Positions 1 to 9,163 are shown, counted from the first letter of the stretch. The stretch: DNA of 41,022 nt from Bacteroidetes bacterium 4572_117 (GCA_002084525.1 NBLH01000006.1:1-41022), one strand, 5' to 3'. Program-made: numbers and translations. Notes: a model not told the origin generated them from the letters alone.

Positions 1-1224
1 CCCTGCACTTAATAAATGAGAATTGGTTTTAAGGTGTGCCAAAAAATTACTGATGTTTAGTTGTATGTTTTTTGAATAAAGAATTCTTGATTGATCATCT
101 TTTGCATATTGATCAAGAAAAAATCCCGTAAGGCTTAAATTGTAATTTCCTATTTCGTATAAAGGTGTTTCTAAATGAGAATTATAGTAAAACTTAAATT
201 TTGCGTTTGTGAAATCCAAAGTTTTAATACTAACCGATTTTAGCTTTTTTTTCATCAATTTGTAAAAGTCAATCTCTTTTGACTCATTATTAAACGATGT
301 TTTTTTTCCAATTAATTTATTTATTAACTTTATGTCAGGCGAATTAACGGTAATGCTTTGAATTTCAATGTCCTGATTAAAGTAAAGGTTGGAAATATTG
401 AAGTCCTTGAATTGTATTTCAGGGGCATTGATGTAGTAGTAATTGCTTTTTAAGCCCGATAAATACTGTGGTAATTCAATATCTGGTTTTATCCCCACTG
501 TTTTGGCTTTTAAAAGTGATTCTTTTGTTGAGACATATAGTGTGTCTGCAAACATAACATGTATCCCATCGCCAAGTTTAACCCTATAATCATCAACTAA
601 TATTTGGACATCATCTGCATAAAATAAGCGTGTTTTTTGTTCAAATTCTTTTTTATTTAATAAAAAATGATCGAGTTTGACAGATATAAAGCCATAATGT
701 GTGGTATTTCTGACACTATCTTTGTTTAAGCTTAAATGGAATTTCCCATTTTCAAGCTTAAGATACCTTAATTCAATATGATCTAAATGTTTTTCTAGGG
801 TCGGGAATAAATCTTTATGGATAAAGTCCCTGTTTGCGCTTGTCTTGTCTTTTTTTGATGGCAGTTTTTTAAGCTTTACAACAGGGTTTTTAATTACCAA
901 TTCTTTGGCTTTAAATTGCCGGGTGAAAAGTAATTTATAGAACCTAGTGCCTTTTAGTTCTATTGATCTTGCATGAATTTGATAAATGGCAGATTTAGCC
1001 TCTCCCGTATTCAATAAACTATTGTAAACTACCGTATCTGGGATTAGTTTGAAATTGTCGAGGCTTATACGCCTGCTACCCAGCTCAATGCTTATTTTGT
1101 CAAAATCTATGCTGTATAAGCCCTTGGTATTTTGGTGTACTTTTTCCTGCATATATTTTTTTAATACAGGTGTTGCAAAAAAGAGCAAAAATACTTCAAA
1201 AAGTATGGAAATAATAATAGCCAT
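1..1224 (-). CDS. AsmA/TamB-like envelope-biogenesis protein, N-terminal part (3' end runs off the window)
   Basis: Absent from the ORF track because there is no stop in the window. Manual translation of the minus strand from ATG 1224 gives 408 uninterrupted codons down to position 1: MAIIISILFEVFLLFFATPVLKKYMQEKVHQNTKGLYSIDFDKISIELGSRRISLDNFKLIPD... It has an N-terminal TM anchor followed by repetitive beta-type segments, as in AsmA/TamB-like proteins. An in-frame TTG at 1290 (preceded by TAA at 1296) is an alternative start and would add a K/R-rich N-region. The CDS call is solid; the family call rests on resemblance only. Confidence 0.6.
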   Translation of the reverse strand, partial: MAIIISILFEVFLLFFATPVLKKYMQEKVHQNTKGLYSIDFDKISIELGSRRISLDNFKLIPDTVVYNSLLNTGEAKSAIYQIHARSIELKGTRFYKLLFTRQFKAKELVIKNPVVKLKKLPSKKDKTSANRDFIHKDLFPTLEKHLDHIELRYLKLENGKFHLSLNKDSVRNTTHYGFISVKLDHFLLNKKEFEQKTRLFYADDVQILVDDYRVKLGDGIHVMFADTLYVSTKESLLKAKTVGIKPDIELPQYLSGLKSNYYYINAPEIQFKDFNISNLYFNQDIEIQSITVNSPDIKLINKLIGKKTSFNNESKEIDFYKLMKKKLKSVSIKTLDFTNAKFKFYYNSHLETPLYEIGNYNLSLTGFFLDQYAKDDQSRILYSKNIQLNISNFLAHLKTNSHLLSAG

Positions 1225-1432
1225 GAAGACAAAACGGCGGAGCCATTTTCTTTTTTTGGGTTTAAGCTTATTTTCCTTATTGTCTTCCAAGTTTTAGTTT
1301 AAAAGGTTAATAATTTGTGTAAAAATACTGCTTTTGAAAATAATATTTGTAATAAATGCCAAAAAAAATGCCTTTAGGACAATCGCTACTCTGTTTTTGT
1401 GGCTTAGAAGTGCCTTTTTTGCTAATATAAAT

Positions 1433-1462
1433 AAAAAAAGCCCTGAACAATGTTCAAGGCTT
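1433..1462 (-). terminator. Rho-independent terminator downstream of tRNA-Leu
   Basis: The minus strand reads AGCCTTGAAC-ATT-GTTCAGGGCT followed by TTTTTTT. The stem is 9 bp with one G-U pair and sits 4 nt after the tRNA 3' end. Confidence 0.8.
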
Positions 1463-1465
1463 TAG

Positions 1466-1547
1466 TACCCGGAGCCGGGGTCGAACCGGCACTCCCGAAA
1501 GAACTGGTTTTTGAGACCAGCGCGTCTACCAATTCCGCCATCCGGGC
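1466..1547 (-). tRNA. tRNA-Leu (anticodon CAA)
   Basis: The reverse complement GCCCGGATGGCGGAATTGGTAGACGCGCTGGTCTCAAAAACCAGTTCTTTCGGGAGTGCCGGTTCGACCCCGGCTCCGGGTA folds as a cloverleaf. The acceptor is GCCCGGA/TCCGGGT, the anticodon stem is CTGGT/ACCAG with loop CTCAAAA (U33, CAA, A37), there is a long variable arm, and the T-arm is GCCGG-TTCGACC-CCGGC. CCA is not encoded. Confidence 0.92.
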
Positions 1548-1729
1548 GTGTAAATTGGAATGCGAAAGTAAGTAATTGTAAATTATCTGCAAAACTTTTT
1601 TATGAAAAATAGAAAAATGTTTTTTCTATTGTTGTTTTTTTAACTTTTTAAGGCATTTTTTTATAATATGTATTATAAATTGTTTGTATCTAAAAAAAAA
1701 GTATTACATTAGCTGTTAAAATTTTAATT

Positions 1730-2968
1730 ATGGCTTTAAATTACATTTGGATAGGGTTTTTTTTAATTGCTTTTGTTGTTGCCTTGGTCAAGTTAATTGT
1801 TTTTGGTGATGTTGAAGTTTTTCCAGAGATGGTTGCTTCGACATTTGAAATGTCGAAAAAAGGTTTTGAAATTTCGTTGGGGCTTACAGGTGTACTTACA
1901 CTTTGGTTAGGTATAATGAAAATTGGTGAAAAAGGTGGTGTAATTAAAATTTTCTCCAAACTGATAGGCCCTTTTTTCCATAAGCTTTTCCCTGAACTAG
2001 GAAAAGACCACCCCGCAATTGGTTCCATTATGATGAACGTGGCAGCCAATATGTTAGGGTTGGATAATGCCGCTACGCCTATGGGCTTAAAAGCCATGGA
2101 AGAGATGCATGCAACAAATCCCAAAAAGGATACTGCAAGCAATGCACAAATAATGTTTTTGGTGTTAAATACATCTGGTTTAACGTTGCTGCCAATTAGC
2201 GTTATGGTGTTCCGGGCGCAAATGGGGGCGGCCAACCCCTCCGATGTTTTTATACCTATTTTATTGGCAACTTTTTTTTCAACTATTGCTGGTTTGGTAG
2301 CTGTGTCGATCTATCAAAAAATTAATCTTTTCGATAAAGTCATAATGGCCTACATAGGTGGTTTAACAGCAATAATTATCGGCATTATTTACTTGTTTTC
2401 ACAAATGCCGAAAGATCAGATTACTATGGTCTCAACCTTATCAAGCAATATTATCCTTTTTTCAATTATTATCCTTTTTATTGTGCTTGGGTTAAAAGAA
2501 AAAATCAATATTTACGATGCGTTTATCGAAGGTGCAAAAGGCGGTTTTGATATAGCAATAAAAATCATCCCTTTTCTTATCGCTATTTTGGTGGCCATAG
2601 GTGTTTTTAGGAGTTCCGGCGCAATGGGTTATATTATTGAAGGGGTTTCTGTTTTTTTTGGTTGGATAGGGGTAAACACTGATTTTATACCTGCATTGCC
2701 CACAGCTTTAATGAAGCCTCTTAGCGGAAGCGGGGCACGTGGCATGATGGTAGACGCCATGCAAACCTATGGTGCAGATTCTTTTGTTGGGCGTATCGCA
2801 TCAACTGTTCAAGGGGCCACAGATACTACCTTTTTTATATTGGCCGTATATTTTGGTTCCGTAGGGATCAAAAAAACGCGATATGCGGTAACAGCCGGCT
2901 TAATAGCCGATTTTGTAGGGATAATAGCCTCGATTATAATTGGTTACTTGTTTTTTCATGGACAGTAG
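1730..2968 (+). CDS. SpmA/SpmB-type nucleoside-recognition (Gate) domain membrane protein
   Basis: 412-aa polytopic ORF. The N-terminus MALNYIWIGFFLIAFVVALVKL and internal GLDNAATPMGLKAMEEM and SGSGARGMM segments resemble fused spore-maturation-protein A/B-like proteins. Confidence 0.7.
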   Translation: MALNYIWIGFFLIAFVVALVKLIVFGDVEVFPEMVASTFEMSKKGFEISLGLTGVLTLWLGIMKIGEKGGVIKIFSKLIGPFFHKLFPELGKDHPAIGSIMMNVAANMLGLDNAATPMGLKAMEEMHATNPKKDTASNAQIMFLVLNTSGLTLLPISVMVFRAQMGAANPSDVFIPILLATFFSTIAGLVAVSIYQKINLFDKVIMAYIGGLTAIIIGIIYLFSQMPKDQITMVSTLSSNIILFSIIILFIVLGLKEKINIYDAFIEGAKGGFDIAIKIIPFLIAILVAIGVFRSSGAMGYIIEGVSVFFGWIGVNTDFIPALPTALMKPLSGSGARGMMVDAMQTYGADSFVGRIASTVQGATDTTFFILAVYFGSVGIKKTRYAVTAGLIADFVGIIASIIIGYLFFHGQ

Positions 2969-3046
2969 GCAGTTCTGCTTTAAGTATAATATTTTTGTGC
3001 GTGCTAGACCATATGGTAATTCCCAATGTAAAGCCACGCTTAAATA

Positions 3047-4030
3047 CTAACTAAAAAAAAGGTTTGCTATCGTAGCTATAAAAAGGATTATTACTAAAAT
3101 ATTTCCATGTAATTTGCTTTTTAGCTTAATAAAAAACAACGAAATAAATAAAGATGCGGGTATCGCAATAAAATATATTAATTCGTTTGAAGAGTTGGTT
3201 AGCAGAATAAGCAAAAAACCTACAACGAACATATAAAAAAACATCTTTAAATTGCTGCGGATATAAATATTAAAACTGGAATAATATTTTAACGATGCCA
3301 TAATTGCCATAATTGTTATAAACAGCAGTACCCCACTTGTAATTTTGGTGCTTATTGAAAGCGACATAAAATCTATAAATCCGGGCTCAAAACTGAATAC
3401 AGCCAAAATATCATAAGTTTCATCATAAAAAATATAATAAAAAGCTAAAAACAGATACCAAACAACAGCAAGACCAAAAAAGGACACAGTAAATTCTTTT
3501 ATATTTATTGAACGGGTTAATAATAGGTGTATCAGTAAGATAATAGTAAGGAAAATCATATTAAAATAAAACAAAGATGCTACCCCAATTAAAAAAGATG
3601 CATCAAAATAATACGATAAGGCTTTCTGTTTTCCATATGCTTGGTTTAGCCTAATCCAAGCAATTAAAAAAAAGATATTTGCAAAATGTATTGCTTGTAA
3701 CTGTTGATGTTGGGTGAAATTAACAGTAATTATAATGAAAATCAAAGCTGGGAGGTATGAGCGGTAACCAAGCAATTTAAAGTGGTTGTTAATGGTAACA
3801 ATTAAAAATGCCTGTAACAATATTAATAGAAAAGAAACCAGCTTGGCAGTAAAAGGAGAATCAATGTTTAAGAAAAAGTTTGTTATTGCATTATAAAAAG
3901 GCATAGAACCCTGTTCAGCAATAATACCGGGATTTGCACCCGTAAAGAATTTCATCCAGAAGGCTATTGCTATAAATACCGTTAATATTAAGTTTGTTGG
4001 GTGGAAGCCTTTCAATGATTTTATTATCAT
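3047..4030 (-). CDS. Polytopic membrane protein, family not recognised
   Basis: 327-aa ORF made almost entirely of hydrophobic helices (at least 8 predicted by eye). It sits tightly, 37 nt, upstream of purD on the same strand. Confidence 0.65.
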   Translation of the reverse strand: MIIKSLKGFHPTNLILTVFIAIAFWMKFFTGANPGIIAEQGSMPFYNAITNFFLNIDSPFTAKLVSFLLILLQAFLIVTINNHFKLLGYRSYLPALIFIIITVNFTQHQQLQAIHFANIFFLIAWIRLNQAYGKQKALSYYFDASFLIGVASLFYFNMIFLTIILLIHLLLTRSINIKEFTVSFFGLAVVWYLFLAFYYIFYDETYDILAVFSFEPGFIDFMSLSISTKITSGVLLFITIMAIMASLKYYSSFNIYIRSNLKMFFYMFVVGFLLILLTNSSNELIYFIAIPASLFISLFFIKLKSKLHGNILVIILFIATIANLFFS

Positions 4031-4067
4031 AATTTTATCTCAAATTTTAGGTTTATCCTATCATTTT

Positions 4068-5168
4068 TCATAATAAATCGAAGCCTATATCACTACGGAA
4101 AGTTTTCCCTTCAAAATTTATTTTAGTTATTTTTGAATATGATTTTTGCAACGCATTTTTTATGTCGCTTCCATATGCACTAACGGCAATAACACGTCCT
4201 CCATTAGTTAATACTTTATCAGCAACTTTTTTTGTGCCTGCGTGAAAAACAATCGTCTCTTCACCAGCTTCAAGCCCCTTAATTTCTTTGTTTTTTTCAT
4301 AATTGCCAGGATAACCTTCAGAAACTAGCACAACAGTAGACACAGTACGTTTGTCAATTTCAACTTTTTCCTCATCTAATTTGTTCTCGCCAACAGCCTT
4401 AAACAATTCTACAATATCCGATTTTATTCTCGGAAAAACAACTTCGGTCTCAGGATCACCCATACGTACATTATATTCAATTACATGTGGGTTGCCATTA
4501 TTGTTCATTAAACCTATGAATATGAAGCCTTTATAATCAAGGCCATCTTTTTTTAACCCATTTATGGTTGGTCTAATAATTTGTTTTTCTACTTTATTCA
4601 TAAAAGCATTATCGGCAAAAGAAATTGGTGAAATAGCACCCATCCCGCCGGTATTTGGGCCGGTATCTGCCTCGCCGATGCGTTTATAGTCTTTAGCTTC
4701 AGGTAATATCTTGTACGACTGCCCATCGGTTAAAACAAATACCGAAAGTTCAATCCCGTCAAGGAATTCTTCAATTACGACTTTTTTGCTTGCTTCGCCA
4801 AATTGGCCATTTAGCATTTCGGACAATTTTGATTTAGTAGTTTTAAGATCCGAATCAATAATAACACCTTTACCTGCCGCCAATCCATCCGCTTTAAGGA
4901 CATATGGAGGCTTCAGGCTTTCTAAAAAGCCATAGGCTTCGGATATTGTTTCTTTTGTGAAGCTTTTATATTTGGCTGTCGGTATGTTATGCCTGAACAT
5001 GAAGTTTTTTGCAAACTCTTTGCTGCCTTCTAAACGGGCAGCCTCTTTTATTGGCCCAATAACGTTTACGTCCGATAACTGTCCATCATTAATGAAAAAG
5101 TCGTGAATGCCTTTAACAAGTGGGTCTTCGGGGCCGACAACCAACATTGAAATGTTCTCTTTTAGCAC
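4068..5168 (-). CDS. purD: Phosphoribosylamine-glycine ligase (PurD), N-terminally truncated (possible pseudogene)
   Basis: Strong PurD motifs are present: VVGPEDPLVKGIHDFF, LEGSKEFAKNFM, LKADGLAAGKGV, KRIGEADTGPNTGGMGA, EYNVRMGDPETEVV, TNGGRVIAV. The PurD-like frame extends upstream only to a TGA at 5208-5210 (STFFDDFETIKSFV...). The first ~48 residues of typical PurD, including the GGREHA segment, have no coding space. The first usable starts are GTG 5168 and ATG 5147. Confidence 0.85.
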   Translation of the reverse strand: MLKENISMLVVGPEDPLVKGIHDFFINDGQLSDVNVIGPIKEAARLEGSKEFAKNFMFRHNIPTAKYKSFTKETISEAYGFLESLKPPYVLKADGLAAGKGVIIDSDLKTTKSKLSEMLNGQFGEASKKVVIEEFLDGIELSVFVLTDGQSYKILPEAKDYKRIGEADTGPNTGGMGAISPISFADNAFMNKVEKQIIRPTINGLKKDGLDYKGFIFIGLMNNNGNPHVIEYNVRMGDPETEVVFPRIKSDIVELFKAVGENKLDEEKVEIDKRTVSTVVLVSEGYPGNYEKNKEIKGLEAGEETIVFHAGTKKVADKVLTNGGRVIAVSAYGSDIKNALQKSYSKITKINFEGKTFRSDIGFDLL

Positions 5169-5252
5169 AAAAGATTTTATGGTTTCAAAATCATCGAAAA
5201 AAGTGCTTCATTTTACAAAAAATGATTAAATTTATGCACTTTTGTATGTTGT

Positions 5253-7493
5253 ATGATGCTATCACATAAATATAAGTATACAGGTTTAATTATTTTGTTT
5301 ACTCTTTTTGTCAAGATTGATTTTTTAGCTCAAAAAATCCTTCCCCCGGGCAACGATAAAGTAAAATCAATATCTTCAGATTTGTTAATTTATGAAGATA
5401 AGGATAATATAATGGGTATAAGTGAGATTTTATCTTGTAAAACTAATGCTTTATTTAGTGGACACAAAAAAGAAATACCCTCTTTTTCATTTACAACAGC
5501 AGCAATTTGGTGTAAATTTGAGTTTGAAAATAAAACAGACAGTAAATATTTTCTTGAGATTAACCCGCCAATTTTAAATGAAATTGTGTTATATGCTGTT
5601 TTAAAAGATGGTAGAATTGATAGTACCATTGCCGGCAGCCATAATTTGCAAAGCAAACAAGGCCTGGCAACAAATGGTTATATTTTTGAATTGGATCCTG
5701 ATGCTAAAGATTTTTATATCAAAGTTAAGTCGTCGAGCCGCTTGTATATTGAAGTAAATATTGGCTCGTTTGATGCTTTTTTAACAGAAAATAGCAGTTG
5801 TGATATAATTGTAGCAGCCTACGGGGGTATTTTGCTGATGATTTTTTTGTATAATTTGTTTTTGTTTATTTCATCGTATGATAAGATTTATTTTTACTAC
5901 CTGCTTCATTTATCAAATTCTATTTTCCTGTTTTTATACCTTACCGGTGTGGGCAACCAATATGTTTGGACTCAATATACTTGGGTAAGTGAAAACATAA
6001 TTAGTATCATGAGCATAGGTTTTGTATTCCCAATATTATTGACAGTCAAATATTTGGACACAAAAACACACTCGACTAAATTGCATTTTGGAATGATTCT
6101 GATTATGTGCATTTTAGGTGTAATTGCTTTAATTGATGTTCTTGGTAATCACTATCTTTCTGTTAAACTGCTTAATATAATTGGGTTTATTATAGTCCTG
6201 TTTGTCCTGTTTTCTACGGCGGTAATTAAAAAACGGGGTTATAAGCCGGCTATACCATTTTTTTATGCATGGATATTTTATTTTGTTGGTATTTTAGTGC
6301 AGGTATTGCAGGGTCTGAATGTGATACCAACTCATTTTTTAAGCTCAAATGCACTGCAAATTGGAAATATTGTTGAAGTGATAATAATTTCATTAGCAAT
6401 TGGTTATAAAATTAATTATCTCAAAAATGAAATGAAACTATCAGTTGAGGGTAAAAAAAAGGCATTGCTTGAAAAAGAAAACCTGATTAGTAAACAAAGT
6501 GTTGAGTTAGAGGGCTTGGCACGACAACAATCGACACAAATTCGTAATCAGAATATAGATTTAAAGCAAAAAAACATTGAGATTCTTCAACAAAACGAAA
6601 AAATAAAACTCGTAAATATTGAGCTGCAACAATCGAACAAACTACTTGAAAGTAAAAATAAAATTATTAACAAACAAAACGAATCACTTGTTGTAAAAGA
6701 AAAGCACCTCCAAGAAAAAATTAAGCACAGGACCTTTGAATTAGAAAAAGCAACAAAAAAAGCAGAAGAGGCCGATCGTTTAAAGACATTGTTCTTGAAA
6801 AATGTTTCGCACGAAATACGCACACCTATGAATGCAATTTCGGGTTTTGCAAGTTTGCTTTTTGATATTGATAAAGAGGATAAACGACATACCTATTACG
6901 TTGATATTATTTCAAAAAATACTGATGACTTGCTAAATTTAATTGATAATATTATTGAATTATCAAGAATCCAGACAGGTAAAGTAAGTGTTAAAAAGAT
7001 TAGTTTTGATGTAAAAAAAGTGTTTACTGAACTAAACGAACTGTTTTTAGAGAAAATGAAAGTAGACAGGAAATCTTTTATTTCGTTGAAATTAGCAATA
7101 CCAGATAATAATATCAGGATAAAGACTGATTATAATAAGTTTTGGAAAATTGTATTCCAATTACTGGATAATGCTATAAAATATACCGAAAAAGGCTCAG
7201 TAACAATAGGTTACAATGTTTTAAGAGCAAGTGATTTAGGTGTGTTTGTGGAAGATACTGGTATAGGGATCCGCAAAGAAAAGCTAAACCTTGTATTTGA
7301 TCGGTTTAACAAAACAGAAGACAGCAAAACTAAAATTTATTCTGGTACAGGTTTAGGGCTGTCCCTTGTTAAAGGCTTTACAGAACATCTGGATGGGACA
7401 TTAACTGTTAATTCAAAATCAAAAGCTGAATTTCCTGATGAACCCTCAGGGACTTCTTTTATCCTTGTATTCAAAAATGTAATTGCCCCATAG
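5253..7493 (+). CDS. 7TMR-DISM family sensor histidine kinase (canonical H-box)
   Basis: Signal peptide, an extracytoplasmic DISMED2-like domain, then a 7-TM block starting with the FLYNLFLFISSYDKIYFYY signature. A coiled coil of roughly 115 aa follows. HisKA has SHEIRTPMNAISGF (His codon CAC at 6810-6812). HATPase_c has the N box LLDNAIKYT, G1 DTGIGI, F FDRF and G2 GTGLGLS. Confidence 0.85.
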   Translation: MMLSHKYKYTGLIILFTLFVKIDFLAQKILPPGNDKVKSISSDLLIYEDKDNIMGISEILSCKTNALFSGHKKEIPSFSFTTAAIWCKFEFENKTDSKYFLEINPPILNEIVLYAVLKDGRIDSTIAGSHNLQSKQGLATNGYIFELDPDAKDFYIKVKSSSRLYIEVNIGSFDAFLTENSSCDIIVAAYGGILLMIFLYNLFLFISSYDKIYFYYLLHLSNSIFLFLYLTGVGNQYVWTQYTWVSENIISIMSIGFVFPILLTVKYLDTKTHSTKLHFGMILIMCILGVIALIDVLGNHYLSVKLLNIIGFIIVLFVLFSTAVIKKRGYKPAIPFFYAWIFYFVGILVQVLQGLNVIPTHFLSSNALQIGNIVEVIIISLAIGYKINYLKNEMKLSVEGKKKALLEKENLISKQSVELEGLARQQSTQIRNQNIDLKQKNIEILQQNEKIKLVNIELQQSNKLLESKNKIINKQNESLVVKEKHLQEKIKHRTFELEKATKKAEEADRLKTLFLKNVSHEIRTPMNAISGFASLLFDIDKEDKRHTYYVDIISKNTDDLLNLIDNIIELSRIQTGKVSVKKISFDVKKVFTELNELFLEKMKVDRKSFISLKLAIPDNNIRIKTDYNKFWKIVFQLLDNAIKYTEKGSVTIGYNVLRASDLGVFVEDTGIGIRKEKLNLVFDRFNKTEDSKTKIYSGTGLGLSLVKGFTEHLDGTLTVNSKSKAEFPDEPSGTSFILVFKNVIAP

Positions 7494-7525
7494 TAGGCCT
7501 GTGTCAAGCCAATAGTGATTTTTAG

Positions 7526-7657
7526 GGTTAATGATTATTGATTATTAAGTCATTAGTCATTAAGTCATTAAGTTGTTGGCTGTTAAGTTGTTGATTGTTA
7601 GTTTGTTGTCATTAGCAGCCAGTGGGCAATTAACCAATTTTTTAGTGACCAATGACA
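7526..7657. repeat. Heptanucleotide-periodic degenerate tandem tract (AGTCATT family) with an inverted tail
   Basis: The tract parses into about 18 consecutive 7-8 nt units: GTTAATG ATTATTG ATTATTA AGTCATT AGTCATT AAGTCATT AAGTTGTT GGCTGTT AAGTTGTT GATTGTT AGTTTGTT GTCATT AGCAGCC AGTGGGC AATTAACC AATTTTTT AGTGACC AATGACA. The last units are near reverse complements of AGTCATT. It starts 33 nt after the kinase stop. Confidence 0.75.
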
Positions 7658-7894
7658 GATGTAAAAAGTAATAGTATTAATTTATCCGAAATACCATGCT
7701 TGACTTGACAGTAGTAGTTTTGTGAAAAAGGTTTACTTTAACTTTATTTAACAAAGTTTGCAACCTCTAAAGTTTATTTTACGAATGATATGATTATAAG
7801 GCTATTAGAAGTTTTGTATTTAGACTTGCGTCCCGTTTATACCTTAAAATAGTCTACATCTAAAATTACATAAGTATATTAACCCATAAAATCT

Positions 7895-7902
7895 TATATT
7901 TG
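7895..7902 (+). promoter_or_regulatory. Candidate Bacteroidota -7 promoter box (TAnnTTTG)
   Basis: TATATTTG lies 24 nt upstream of ATG 7926 and matches the published Bacteroidetes sigmaA -7 consensus TAnnTTTG. Confidence 0.45.
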
Positions 7903-7925
7903 TATTAAAATTAAAAAATAACAAA

Positions 7926-8168
7926 ATGGGTGTTTTACTGAAGTTTATATTTATAGGGGTGTTGGCTTACTACATTTTAAAGTCGGCAGTACGCCTATTA
8001 TTGCCTTTTTTAGGGAAAAAATTTGAGGAAAAAATTAATCAGGCTAATCAAGCTAATAAAAAAATAAAGAGGGAGGGTGAAATTACTATCGAACAGATGA
8101 AAAACAAAGCTAATCCAATTGATAAAAATACTGGAGAATATGTAGATTATGAGGAAATTAACCCTTAA
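7926..8168 (+). CDS. DUF4834-like small membrane-anchored protein
   Basis: 80 aa. It has an N-terminal TM helix (MGVLLKFIFIGVLAYYILKSAVRLLLPF), a charged linker and a C-terminal GEYVDYEEI motif, which I recall as characteristic of DUF4834. Confidence 0.7.
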   Translation: MGVLLKFIFIGVLAYYILKSAVRLLLPFLGKKFEEKINQANQANKKIKREGEITIEQMKNKANPIDKNTGEYVDYEEINP

Positions 8169-8772
8169 AATTATAAAGGTTTAATTCCCATTTTCTAATA
8201 TTTAAAGCATATTGACTTTTTACTTTTTCGCCTTTTGAATTAGTGTAATAACACCATTTTAATATTTCGGCATCAATAGGCTCGTTTTTGATAATTTTCT
8301 TTCTTAGATTACTCCTTACAAAAGAACCAATTCCCTTTGCATATACAAAATGCGACATTGAAAGCCTTTTTGAGCCTTCAAGCGCTATATTTGCATCAAG
8401 CACTTTTATTGCTTTGTTAAAATCTACTCTCAAAAGGCTATCAGCTTGCTGTTCTGTGATTTGAGAAAATGTTTCGTTTTTTAGGATAACATGCCCATAG
8501 CCAATTGTTTTGTGCCCACCTGGACAGACATACACCTTGCCTCTTGCAAATCCTTCGTGGTCTTTAATAAAACTCAGTGCTTTTTCGTACTGTTTATCCC
8601 AATCAAAAACAGGCCGTATTGCGAATTCCTGATTTTTTATTTTAGTCATTTTTTTACCCTTCTTTTCTTTTTCACCATCATTAATTATATGTTCATTATT
8701 AATTGCTAAATCAGAAAAACCAATAGCTAATGTTAATTTAGTAAGCAAGATAAATTTTAAACCAAGTACCAT
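8158..8772 (-). CDS. Secreted GH24 (T4/P22-type) lysozyme/muramidase
   Basis: Hydrophobic N-terminus, then IKDHEGFARGKVYVCPGGHKTIGYGH aligning with P22/T4 lysozyme EG...Y.D..G..TIG.GH, followed by ITEQQADSLLRVDF. The catalytic Glu (E73) and Thr (T89) are present. The Asp20-equivalent residue is Cys (TGT, 8524-8526). The 3' end overlaps the convergent DUF4834 gene by 11 nt. Confidence 0.75.
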   Translation of the reverse strand: MVLGLKFILLTKLTLAIGFSDLAINNEHIINDGEKEKKGKKMTKIKNQEFAIRPVFDWDKQYEKALSFIKDHEGFARGKVYVCPGGHKTIGYGHVILKNETFSQITEQQADSLLRVDFNKAIKVLDANIALEGSKRLSMSHFVYAKGIGSFVRSNLRKKIIKNEPIDAEILKWCYYTNSKGEKVKSQYALNIRKWELNLYNFKG

Positions 8773-9138
8773 AAATTTTAATTTTGTTCAACAATATTTG
8801 TAGAGATTCGCACCCTGCAAAACATAAAAAAACAACAACTTAAAGTGAGAAGTTGTTAAATGAAAATATTTTTTTAATTAAAGCGGCGGCAAAGATAGAA
8901 ACATAATTATGCTGTACAACAAAACATATCTGGTTTTACATAAGTTGACAATTATTTGGGCTTAGTAATCTGAAATTTATGAGCTATGAATTGGGTTGAT
9001 GCGAAAAAATGTTGCAAAAAATTAATATTTAGTATTTTTGGGGTTTTATAACAAAAATAAAAAGAGCAATAAATTATTATATTATTGGCATTTTTATTAA
9101 AAGATTTTGGTAAATTGCACAGGTTTTATTTAACTAAT

Positions 9139-9146
9139 TAAATTTG
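9139..9146 (+). promoter_or_regulatory. Candidate Bacteroidota -7 promoter box (TAnnTTTG)
   Basis: TAAATTTG lies 18 nt upstream of ATG 9164. Confidence 0.4.
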
Positions 9147-9163
9147 ACATACAGAAAACTAGG

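Noticed and set aside
1049-1297. 82-aa plus-strand ORF from the track
   Set aside because: It lies antisense to the start of the 408-codon minus-strand AsmA/TamB-like frame (1..1224). It has low-complexity composition and no motifs, so I treat it as a shadow ORF.
1741-2235. 164-aa minus-strand ORF
   Set aside because: It lies entirely antisense to the well-supported SpmA/B-like CDS.
8826-8857. Orphan hairpin plus T7 on the minus strand, 55-85 nt upstream of the lysozyme ATG
   Set aside because: The stem AACAACTT/AAGTTGTT is 8 bp with only two G-C pairs and an 8-nt loop. That is too weak to call a terminator or attenuator without transcript data.
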